A stretch of 64,000 nucleotides of DNA, from the NCBI GenBank assembly GCA_938083505.1, contig CALKCF010000006.1:38819-102818 (forward strand), in the 5' to 3' direction. Below are positions 56,565 through 64,000 of this stretch, piece by piece. The stretch's first letter is position 1, and each line of letters opens with the position of its first letter. The notes beneath the pieces are model-generated. The model saw only the letters and a program-made list of their open reading frames with translations. It was not told the origin of the DNA and ran no database searches. The position numbers were made by a program, and so were the translations under genes. This DNA is from an uncultured archaeon. Lineage in GTDB: Archaea; Thermoproteota; Nitrososphaeria_A; Caldarchaeales; Wolframiiraptoraceae.

Positions 56565-57635
56565 TCACAACACTATCTTTCCCCAGAACCTTGCGTAGAG
56601 ACTATAATCAACGTACTTCTTTCTGTTGATGAAGTCTTCTACCTTAGGTGCTAGATCCCTTTTCCTTTCTATACCCTCTGCCACGACTATACTAAAAGCA
56701 TCCGACCCTGAACCGGAGCCAAATGACACCAAGAGTATTCTCTGACCCGGCTTAGCTTGGTCGAGTACTTTACATAGTCCAGTAGGTGAGGAGCCGGAAT
56801 AAAAGTTTCCCACGATGGGTGACAGCAAACCTGGCAACACCTTACTATCACTGAACCCTAATCTTTTTGCAACCTCAACCGGGAATGAGCCGTTGGGCTG
56901 ATGCGGAACTATATAATCAAAATCTTCTGGTGTCATGTTAAGCTCTTTCATTAAACCAGTAGCGGCCGCAATTATATGTCTAAAGTATGCGGGTTCTCCT
57001 GTAAACCTTCCGCCATGCCTTGGATACTTACTTAAGTCTCTTCTCCAAAAATCCGGTGTATCCGTACCTATCGAGTACTGTCCTTCAAAATATGCTATAG
57101 GGTCACCCAAGTCATGACCTATTATGAAAGCAGAGCCGCCTGCTGAGGCTGTATACTCCAGCACGTCACCGGGTAAGGATTGGGAACAGTCAGCAGCGAT
57201 TGCAAGTCCGTATTTGATCATGCCAGACCTCGCCTGGGCTATGCAACTTATGATGGCTTCGGTGCCACCTTTGCATGCAAACTCATAATCAGCCAATCTA
57301 ACCGACATAGGGGCACCTATCGCGGCCGCTACTATAGTCGATGTTGGTTTAACAGCATATGGTTTCGACTCCGAGCCTGAGTATATCGCTCCTATGTCCT
57401 TCGGACTAACTTCGGGTGCTCTTTTTAATGCATTCCTAGCAGCCTCCACAGCTATCGTAATCTGGTCCTCGTCTGGTCCCTTTACAGAAATCTCTTGGAC
57501 CTTTAGCCCTCTCAACATATCCAAAGATTCGCCCCACACACGTGCTATGTTCTCTATCTTGATCCTATATCTTGGTATGTAAGAGCCATAACCGACTATC
57601 GCCGTCTTTTTATCTTTGAAAGTTACCATAAACAT
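56565..57635 (-). CDS. Hydroxymethylglutaryl-CoA synthase (archaeal type)
   Basis: Archaeal HMGCS family with [14 protein letters not shown] active-site Cys region. Sits between the thiolase and HMGR. Confidence 0.85.
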   Translation of the reverse strand: MFMVTFKDKKTAIVGYGSYIPRYRIKIENIARVWGESLDMLRGLKVQEISVKGPDEDQITIAVEAARNALKRAPEVSPKDIGAIYSGSESKPYAVKPTSTIVAAAIGAPMSVRLADYEFACKGGTEAIISCIAQARSGMIKYGLAIAADCSQSLPGDVLEYTASAGGSAFIIGHDLGDPIAYFEGQYSIGTDTPDFWRRDLSKYPRHGGRFTGEPAYFRHIIAAATGLMKELNMTPEDFDYIVPHQPNGSFPVEVAKRLGFSDSKVLPGLLSPIVGNFYSGSSPTGLCKVLDQAKPGQRILLVSFGSGSGSDAFSIVVAEGIERKRDLAPKVEDFINRKKYVDYSLYARFWGKIVL

Positions 57636-57643
57636 TCACCTAC

Positions 57644-58912
57644 TTAAGTAGCCCCTCTCAATTTTTGTAATATTTCAATCGCTTTGTCTAACCTTATAAC
57701 TCCCTCCTTCACCATAAACTCTGCAACCTTGTCCACTTCGTCACCAACAGCACCAGCCATGACAGCAACGTTCTTTGCATGTAAAGACATGTGGCCTTTC
57801 TGGATGCCCTCTGCTGCCAGCGCTCTTAACGCTGCGAGGTTCTGGGCAAGACCTACCGCTCCGACGACTTCGGCCAACTCGGATGCTGTCTTGACGCCAA
57901 GTATCTTAAGGCACACCCTCGCCAAGGGGTTTGTCTTTGTTGCGCCACCAACTGTACCTAAAGCCAAGGGCATCTCTAAGGTGCCGACTAAGTTGCCGTG
58001 CTCATCGAGTCCCCATTTTGATAGGGGCTCATATCTTCCGTTCCTCGCTGCATAGGCATGAGCACCTGCCTCTACCGCCCTCCAATCGTTTCCTGTAGCT
58101 ATAACTACAGCATCCACACCATTCATTATTCCTTTGTTGTGCGTTGCGGCTCTGTAAGGATCAGCAGCTGCAAAAGCCCATGCGTAAACTATACCTTTTG
58201 CCACCTCCTCTCCACCGACAGCGTCACTTGGTACAACAGCTTTCACCCTCACGAGCCTCTTATCCGCTAGGTTAGATATTATTCTGAGGTAGACCTTTCC
58301 ACCAGTTATCTGTGAGATGTAAGGAGCGACAGCTTCGGCCATCGTGTTGACGGCATTCGCACCCATTGCATCCCTTACGTCCACCAGAATATGGACGATG
58401 AGCATCGGCCCCTCAGGAGAATTGATTATTCTTACCTCCAAATCTTTAGCGCCACCTCCCAGATTCACTAGGACCGGGTCTTTCTCGTTGGCTATCTTAA
58501 GTATCTCGTCTTTAACCTTCAACACGTCAAATTTCGCACCCTCGATATCCTTAATTCCGACGACTTGCACTTGCCCTATCATCACAGGTTCAGTAGTCAT
58601 GGAAAATATCCCTCCGCCTTCCCTCATCATTCTTGCCGCGTTAGATGCGGCTGCGACTACCGACGGTTCTTCGATCACCATCGGTATCAGGTAGTCCTTA
58701 CCGTTTATCAAGAAGTTTGTCGCTATACCCAGCGGTAGCCCAAAGGTTCCTATGACGTTCTCTATCATCTTGTTTGCCACGGATAAATCTAACCCACCAT
58801 GCTTCTTCAGAAGCTCGACCTCTTCGGGCGTAAGGTCAGCGAACTCTGCGACATATTTTAGCCTCTCTTCCGGCGAAAGTTGATAAAATCGAGGTATTCT
58901 GGACGATTTCAT
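57644..58912 (-). CDS. hmgA: 3-hydroxy-3-methylglutaryl-CoA reductase (class I)
   Basis: Conserved HMGR motifs EMPLALGTVGGATK, DAMGANAVNTMAEA and GHMSLHA. 422 aa. Confidence 0.9.
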   Translation of the reverse strand: MKSSRIPRFYQLSPEERLKYVAEFADLTPEEVELLKKHGGLDLSVANKMIENVIGTFGLPLGIATNFLINGKDYLIPMVIEEPSVVAAASNAARMMREGGGIFSMTTEPVMIGQVQVVGIKDIEGAKFDVLKVKDEILKIANEKDPVLVNLGGGAKDLEVRIINSPEGPMLIVHILVDVRDAMGANAVNTMAEAVAPYISQITGGKVYLRIISNLADKRLVRVKAVVPSDAVGGEEVAKGIVYAWAFAAADPYRAATHNKGIMNGVDAVVIATGNDWRAVEAGAHAYAARNGRYEPLSKWGLDEHGNLVGTLEMPLALGTVGGATKTNPLARVCLKILGVKTASELAEVVGAVGLAQNLAALRALAAEGIQKGHMSLHAKNVAVMAGAVGDEVDKVAEFMVKEGVIRLDKAIEILQKLRGAT

Positions 58913-58946
58913 GATATAATTTTAAAAAAACGTTAGATAAATTTCT

Positions 58947-58958
58947 TACGTTAACGTA
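58947..58958. repeat. Perfect 12-bp palindrome TACGTTAACGTA in the hmgA upstream / mvk downstream intergenic region
   Basis: Self-complementary 12-mer read directly from the sequence. About 35-45 nt upstream of the hmgA ATG on the minus strand. Confidence 0.5.
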
Positions 58959-59000
58959 AAAAGAATGCTTTATGACGAATTTCGTAATAATGCACATTCA

Positions 59001-59026
59001 CGAAAACATTTACCTAAATGTTTTCG
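59001..59026. repeat. Inverted repeat CGAAAACATTTA-cc-TAAATGTTTTCG (12-bp arms, 2-nt spacer)
   Basis: The arms are perfect reverse complements of each other. Lies between the mvk stop (59071) and the hmgA start (58912). Confidence 0.5.
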
Positions 59027-59047
59027 CAAAATTCTGCTTTTATGCGG

Positions 59048-59063
59048 AACGGTTGTAACCGTT
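59048..59063. repeat. Inverted repeat AACGGTT-gt-AACCGTT located 8 nt after the mvk stop codon
   Basis: 7-bp arms with a 2-nt spacer. Candidate mvk terminator hairpin or operator. Confidence 0.45.
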
Positions 59064-59070
59064 GTTAGAA

Positions 59071-60081
59071 TCAACTTTTTACAAGCCATGCTCTTACGCC
59101 GGCGTTGTTCTTCCTAACCACCATCGGTTGTCCACCATTCTCCTCAATTGCTTTACACACCGCCGCCCTTTTGCTCAACGTCGTTAGGCTTATCATGCAA
59201 CCACCACCTCCACCGCCCGTTAGCTTGCTTCCTAAAGCCCCGGCCTTTCTCACAGCCTCTACCAACCTGTCTAAGGATTCATGGGAGACACCGATGACCT
59301 TAAGTAGCTCATGGTTCATGTTCATCAGTACTCCCAGAATCACAAGGTCCATTTCCTTGAATGCTTTTAAAGCTAAATTCGATATCCAGTTCATGACTCC
59401 CATAAGTTGGCTTATTCCTTCGATCTTCTTGGTTTTCTTCCTGCTTACTATGGATACGAACTTGCCAGTTGAACGCTGTATTCCCGTATTGCCCACAACA
59501 AGATCGATGTCGCGATTTATTCTCTTCGGTTTACTACCGTCTTGTATTCTCCAAACCAAAAGACCTCCATAGACTGATATAAGAGGATCTACACCAGAGG
59601 GCGTTACATGTACATACCTTTCTGCCTGCAATGAGAGTCTCCATATTTGCTCCTTATCGATTTCATGACCTAAAACCTTACTAACCGCCGCTACTGTAGC
59701 CACGGATATTGCTCCTGAGGAACCTAAACCTACAGATGATGGGATTGTGGAATATACATCTATGTTTAAGCCCTTCCTCTCATCAAAATGATCCAAGACC
59801 GTTTTAGCCGCTATTCTCACAGGTTCAAGAAAACTCACAGACTTTTTACCACCCATAAGCGGTTTAGCGGCACCATTTTTGTACTCACAAGCAAAACCCA
59901 AGTCTGAGCATATCCTTAACGATCCATCTTCCCTAATGGAGACTGATACCTTGACTACCCTATCTATAGCCATGACTATAGCAGGCACGTTGTAGACCAC
60001 AAAGTGCTCACCATAAAGGATGACCTTACCGGGTGCTATGGCAACTGCTTTCAAGGGTCTACATCCACCTAATCTGTCCAA
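59071..60081 (-). CDS. mvk: Mevalonate kinase
   Basis: GHMP-kinase motifs APGKVILYGEHFVVY and PSSVGLGSSGA. 336 aa. Confidence 0.85.
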   Translation of the reverse strand: MDRLGGCRPLKAVAIAPGKVILYGEHFVVYNVPAIVMAIDRVVKVSVSIREDGSLRICSDLGFACEYKNGAAKPLMGGKKSVSFLEPVRIAAKTVLDHFDERKGLNIDVYSTIPSSVGLGSSGAISVATVAAVSKVLGHEIDKEQIWRLSLQAERYVHVTPSGVDPLISVYGGLLVWRIQDGSKPKRINRDIDLVVGNTGIQRSTGKFVSIVSRKKTKKIEGISQLMGVMNWISNLALKAFKEMDLVILGVLMNMNHELLKVIGVSHESLDRLVEAVRKAGALGSKLTGGGGGGCMISLTTLSKRAAVCKAIEENGGQPMVVRKNNAGVRAWLVKS

Positions 60082-60176
60082 TTTTTAAATTTGAGCGTTC
60101 GCTTATTTTTGTTTTCAGCTTGCCCACAAAGTTCCGAAATTCGCAACTGTCTCGCCAAATCCTAGAAGGTTTGGTA

Positions 60177-60554
60177 TCATACCCGACCTTGGAGTATCCG
60201 TCTGTAAAAAGACTTCCTGATCCTGTCCACACCCCTAAAGAGGTCTCCTTGTCTTCTGTACCTAGCATTCATGACGTTAAGTTTCCTTTTACCCCCTTCT
60301 TCCTTTAGCAGCATGTACTTGACAGTCCCACTTGTTCCCCTATCCCTAAAATCTCTTTCAACCTCTACCAGCATATGGTACATAACCCTGCCACCGTTTG
60401 CCATGACGGCGCTTATAGCAAAGCCGCATTTACCGAACTTTTCATAAAGGGCAAGCTCTTCAGCATAATGACGGTAAGTTATTAGACCTATGACATGCTT
60501 ATCCTCGATCTTTGTGAGTATGTCGCTAATAATGCTCTTTAGGCTAGTTCTCAT
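60177..60554 (-). CDS. Hypothetical small basic protein
   Basis: 125-aa ORF between mvk and the Memo-like gene. Arg-rich C-terminus. No recognisable motif. Confidence 0.4.
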   Translation of the reverse strand: MRTSLKSIISDILTKIEDKHVIGLITYRHYAEELALYEKFGKCGFAISAVMANGGRVMYHMLVEVERDFRDRGTSGTVKYMLLKEEGGKRKLNVMNARYRRQGDLFRGVDRIRKSFYRRILQGRV

Positions 60555-60609
60555 GGATTTCTATAGAGTGGATGCTTACTTATATTAGTAACCGTTCAAA
60601 CTTTGAAGG

Positions 60610-61464
60610 CTACTGACTTTCTTCTAACTCTATTAGTATAGAAGCATAGCCCACGACTGCCGACCTATCACCGGTAACGTCCCCACTTGTTGCATACTTC
60701 AACAACCTGGCACTCTTGGCACCCAGAATCTTCGATGCCGTCATCATGGCAGCAACAGGTCCGTAACCACATGCTGTAATTCTATGCTTGAATAGCGCGT
60801 CATAAAATCCTTCAACATCCAAGGCACTTATACGTTCTATTGCCATCATATCTTTTTTCTTAGCAACAGAGTCCGGTTCGTAATGTGTGAAATCAGATGA
60901 GGCTATGAGTAACACATCTTGCTCGTCGACCAATTCTGCTAAAACCCTACCAACTTCTTCTGCCACGTCCTTATCCTGGTTCAGCATTACTATGGGTACT
61001 AGTCTGAATGTTCCTAAAACATACTGAAGAAACGGGAGCTGGACTTCAAGCGAGTGTTCTTCCTCATGTGAATATTCGTCAAGGCTTATCAAATCCGAGC
61101 TCTTCGAGATACGTTTGGCCAATTCCGAGTCTATCGGTACACTACCAAGTGGGGTGTACCATTCGCCCTCCGGATATACAGAAACTTCTGAACCTAAACC
61201 AGCATGGTTGGGCCCCACTATAACTACGACCTTTGGTTTTCTTCTACCTTCAAGGGAAGCGTATGAGTGAGCTGCCACGGGTCCAGAATAAATGTAACCC
61301 GCATGGGGGCACACAAGCGCGGGTATTTTTTTATCACCCCATACATTTTTTGGTAATCTTCCTGGCCCTAGTGTATGTAAAAAAGCGTCTTTTATCTGTT
61401 CTATCAGAAGTCTCTGAGTGCCGGCATAAAAACTACCGGCAACGAGTGGCCTACGTATACCCAT
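60610..61464 (-). CDS. MEMO1-family protein (AmmeMemoRadiSam system protein B)
   Basis: N-terminal RRPLVAGSFY and central HAGYIYSGPVAAHSY motifs are typical of Memo-like proteins. Confidence 0.75.
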   Translation of the reverse strand: MGIRRPLVAGSFYAGTQRLLIEQIKDAFLHTLGPGRLPKNVWGDKKIPALVCPHAGYIYSGPVAAHSYASLEGRRKPKVVVIVGPNHAGLGSEVSVYPEGEWYTPLGSVPIDSELAKRISKSSDLISLDEYSHEEEHSLEVQLPFLQYVLGTFRLVPIVMLNQDKDVAEEVGRVLAELVDEQDVLLIASSDFTHYEPDSVAKKKDMMAIERISALDVEGFYDALFKHRITACGYGPVAAMMTASKILGAKSARLLKYATSGDVTGDRSAVVGYASILIELEESQ

Positions 61465-61517
61465 CCCTAGCCTCCAGATATTTATTGATTGCCTGTTATT
61501 AAAACTTCATGCAAAGC

Positions 61518-62132
61518 CTAAGCGACCGATGTTGACATAAAGCTTTCGGGCAGTATCTCTGCTTCTTTCTCCGGCGTCAGCAAACCCCTCTCCATCAAGA
61601 CACGCTTTGCTAAATACCAGAACGCGTACGGCAAAGACGACTTCCCCCTATTATTTATTGGAACAGCCAGATCTATGTTACTGAGCATATTGTCCGTGCT
61701 ACAGAACGCTATTACCGGTATCCTCGCTATAGCAGCCTCTTCTATAGCCTGGGCATCATAGCGAGGGTCGGAAACTAGTATAAGTTGGGGTTCTGTATAG
61801 TACTTTAAGACCCTGTTCGTAAACATTCCCGAACGAATCTTTTGGACGACGGGTATGCAACCGGTAAGTTCGCAAAACCTCTGGACTGCTCTGATTCCGT
61901 AAATGTGCGTCGATATCACAGCGACTTTTTCCGGTGGAAAGAACGAGATGAATTTTGCAGCGATATTAAGCCTCTCGATCGTCTTTTTTACATCTATTAG
62001 GTAGATGCCGTCCTGTCTCAACTTGAATATGAACTTCTCAGCATGTTTCACCTTAACCTTTGAGCCGACGTGTACGGCATTCTTCACGAATAGCTCCATG
62101 ATTTCTGCTTCTGCTGATTGCGTTGACTCCAT
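61518..62132 (-). CDS. rps2: 30S ribosomal protein S2 (uS2)
   Basis: Flavodoxin-like fold. Conserved position downstream of enolase. Confidence 0.9.
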   Translation of the reverse strand: MESTQSAEAEIMELFVKNAVHVGSKVKVKHAEKFIFKLRQDGIYLIDVKKTIERLNIAAKFISFFPPEKVAVISTHIYGIRAVQRFCELTGCIPVVQKIRSGMFTNRVLKYYTEPQLILVSDPRYDAQAIEEAAIARIPVIAFCSTDNMLSNIDLAVPINNRGKSSLPYAFWYLAKRVLMERGLLTPEKEAEILPESFMSTSVA

Positions 62133-63389
62133 TTATCCACCCCCTAACGTCGCCATCCTTAACTTGCTGCCTAACTTTTCTCCGATTCTTAACAACTCGT
62201 TCACCTTTGCGACCCTTTCTCCACCAACTACGCCCGACTTAATTAATTTACACCCAAAACCGACCGCTATATGGGCAAGATGCCCCTCTGGTGTCTCTCC
62301 TGACCTATGAGATGCTACAGTTATCATGCCAAGCCCTTGCGCGACTTTACACGCATTCCATGTATCGGTAAGCGTCCCAACCTGGTTGGGCTTAATGATT
62401 ACAGCATTAGCTGCTTCAATTTCGCCAGCTTTTTTGATAAGCTTTGCGTTAGTCACCACAAGGTCATCAGCGCAAACCAAAACGTCCGGCACAGCCTTAA
62501 GTATCTCCTTAAAGCCCTCAAAATCGTGCTCCTCGACAGGGTCCTCAACATAGATCAGATTGAACTCTCGTATAAGAGAGAGTATGTAATTTATGTGTTC
62601 ATCTCTCGTCATTTGCTTGCCCTCATTCTCGTAAATGTAGCATCCTATTTTCTCATCCCATAGGCTTGATGCGGCAACATCTATGCCGACCCCAAGCTTT
62701 ATGCTCGTCATTTCTGAGACCCTATCGGCTGCTTCAACAACACTCTCTAAAGCATTACGTATGCATATGTTCGGTGCATATGCTCCCTCATCGCCTTTTC
62801 CAAGTGGAAAGTTAGGCAACTTCTTCTGGAGAATTTTCCCCAGTTCCTTATGGACCAAAACATTTGCCATTATTGCATCGAAAGGTGTCCTGGGGTTAAG
62901 CGGGACCGTCAGTATCTCCTGTATGTCAGGCGCACCCTTACCCGCATGCTTACCTCCGCCTAATACGTTACCTAACGGCAGTGGAATAGTTGAAGCACTA
63001 GGATTCAAAAACTCGTAAAGCGGTTTACCCAAAGATGCTGAAGCGGCTAAGGCCGTTGCAAGGGATATGACATAAGCAAGATTTCCCCCAATCTTTTCAA
63101 ACCTATCAGTACCGTCGATCTCTTTGAGCATCAAATCTATTGATTCTTGTTCGGATGCATCAAGGCCTATTAAGCGTCGTCTTATGTCTTTCTCGAATAT
63201 TTTAATGGATTCTCTGACTCCGCCAAAAGGATATGGAACAACTTCCTTCATGCCCCTACTTTTGCCGGCAGGGGCTGCGGCCACTCCCAGACCTTTGGCA
63301 GTCATGATCTCAATTTCTATTGTCTCGTTGCCCCTGCTATCGAACACTATCCTCGCATGGGCATCTATAATTTTCGACGGGCTACTCAC
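62133..63389 (-). CDS. eno: Enolase
   Basis: N-terminal ...[14 protein letters not shown] and SHRSGETED-type active-site region ([19 protein letters not shown]). Confidence 0.9.
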   Translation of the reverse strand: MSSPSKIIDAHARIVFDSRGNETIEIEIMTAKGLGVAAAPAGKSRGMKEVVPYPFGGVRESIKIFEKDIRRRLIGLDASEQESIDLMLKEIDGTDRFEKIGGNLAYVISLATALAASASLGKPLYEFLNPSASTIPLPLGNVLGGGKHAGKGAPDIQEILTVPLNPRTPFDAIMANVLVHKELGKILQKKLPNFPLGKGDEGAYAPNICIRNALESVVEAADRVSEMTSIKLGVGIDVAASSLWDEKIGCYIYENEGKQMTRDEHINYILSLIREFNLIYVEDPVEEHDFEGFKEILKAVPDVLVCADDLVVTNAKLIKKAGEIEAANAVIIKPNQVGTLTDTWNACKVAQGLGMITVASHRSGETPEGHLAHIAVGFGCKLIKSGVVGGERVAKVNELLRIGEKLGSKLRMATLGGG

Positions 63390-63610
63390 GTCCTCATGTC
63401 TCCCTTCTTACCGAACTTTAATCTAAATTCTACAACCTCGTCAAAGTAATCCTCCGCAGATATAAACATCCTCCTGCAGCAGTATCTCTTTACACCTAGC
63501 TCATCAAGAACCTTCGCAGGGCTCTCGCCCGCATCTACCCTAGCTTTGTATTCTTCCCATTTATCCGCTATGAGGGCACCACATGTGAAGCATCTAATCG
63601 GAAACATCAA
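63386..63610 (-). CDS. rpoN: DNA-directed RNA polymerase subunit N (Rpb10 homolog)
   Basis: [14 protein letters not shown]...RYCCRRM zinc-bundle motif. Confidence 0.85.
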   Translation of the reverse strand: MMFPIRCFTCGALIADKWEEYKARVDAGESPAKVLDELGVKRYCCRRMFISAEDYFDEVVEFRLKFGKKGDMRT

Positions 63611-63637
63611 GTCGAACTACACCAGCCCCAAATATTA

Positions 63638-64000
63638 TTACCTATAAGATTTTTGCTTGAACCTTCTTGCTGATCTCCTGTTTGGTTTTTTGGGCTCAGT
63701 TCTACGTGGGTCGTCCACCAATAATGCACGGTCAAACTGGAGTATTGCTTCTCTTGCCTTTAAGCTGTGAGCTGCGACAGCTTTTGCTATTGCAATCGCT
63801 ATGGCATCAGAGGTGGCGAAAACTCCACCACCAGAAACCTTTACGTCAAACGTATGCGTTTTCCAAAATTTCTCATCAAAATGCAGCGGGGTCAATATTT
63901 TTTTGATGAGAAATTCATGACCAAGCGCATTGACTGGCATGTTATTTACTAGCACTTCACCATTTCCATGCCTCACCTTGAGCCTTGCCACGGCCGTCTT
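63638..64000 (-). CDS. rps9: 30S ribosomal protein S9 (uS9), 5'-partial; the N-terminus runs past the window edge
   Basis: Frame open to the window end (…KTAVARLKVRHGNGEVLVNN…). C-terminal ...RRSARRFKQKSYR is the uS9 signature. Confidence 0.85.
   Translation of the reverse strand, partial: KTAVARLKVRHGNGEVLVNNMPVNALGHEFLIKKILTPLHFDEKFWKTHTFDVKVSGGGVFATSDAIAIAIAKAVAAHSLKAREAILQFDRALLVDDPRRTEPKKPNRRSARRFKQKSYR

Noticed and set aside
1-64000. CRISPR arrays, transposases, integrases or toxin-antitoxin pairs
   Set aside because: No regularly spaced direct repeats and no transposase, integrase or Cas-like ORFs were seen. The only PIN-domain gene (48095-48532) is the conserved one linked to eIF2gamma and rpoE, not a VapBC pair.

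Overview
This 64 kb window reads as archaeal core-genome DNA: about 40% GC, densely packed, with many genes using SD-like GGAGG motifs. The proteins look thermophile-like. Nearly all of it is conserved informational and housekeeping genes. I found no transposase, integrase or CRISPR array.

Gene content, in order along the window:
- An ABC/FtsX (MacB-like) transporter operon with a large secreted repeat protein.
- A GPN-loop GTPase, a coiled-coil protein and a DUF373 membrane protein, followed by uppS and an M24 prolidase.
- The condensin operon smc-scpA-scpB, then S8e-SRP19-Gar1-TFB.
- rlmE, then an RNA-modification operon on the minus strand: trm1, THEP1 NTPase, rnhB, fibrillarin and nop5.
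- A ribosomal protein S30e gene that the ORF track missed.
- purB, an MscS channel and a fused aconitase-family protein.
- uL15-secY-DUF106-L34e, then primase PriS with GINS15.
- A Clp1-like polynucleotide kinase co-operonic with an RNase-H-fold protein.
- Elf1, GGGP synthase and the DNA polymerase D large subunit.
- Molybdenum-cofactor genes moeA, mobA and mobB, plus cmk, flanked by two unusually long AT-rich noncoding stretches.
- L14e, cbf5 and tRNA-Ser(UGA).
- Two convergent PflA-like radical-SAM paralogs, MarC and a Trm5/TYW2 methyltransferase.
- The conserved block spt4-rpoE'-PIN-eIF2gamma-ndk-L24e-S28e-L7Ae, then GluRS.
- A contiguous mevalonate-pathway cluster on the minus strand: IDI2, IPK, DUF35, thiolase, HMGCS, HMGR and MVK.
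- A Memo-like protein, then S2, enolase, rpoN and S9.

The most notable observations:
- cbf5 is split by a 20-nt insertion (42006-42025). Excising it restores the catalytic GHGGTLD-P motif exactly, so this is an archaeal BHB-type mRNA intron.
- The FtsX permease has no canonical start codon upstream of a truncated first TM helix.
- An S30e gene overlaps the 3' end of purB on the opposite strand.
- The mevalonate locus is fully clustered, with three palindromes in the mvk/hmgA intergenic region.
- Two long AT-rich intergenic regions carry a ferredoxin-like gene remnant and a repeated 14-mer.

Elf1, S30e, the cbf5 intron and PolD together suggest a TACK-lineage archaeon that is not a Thermoprotei crenarchaeon.
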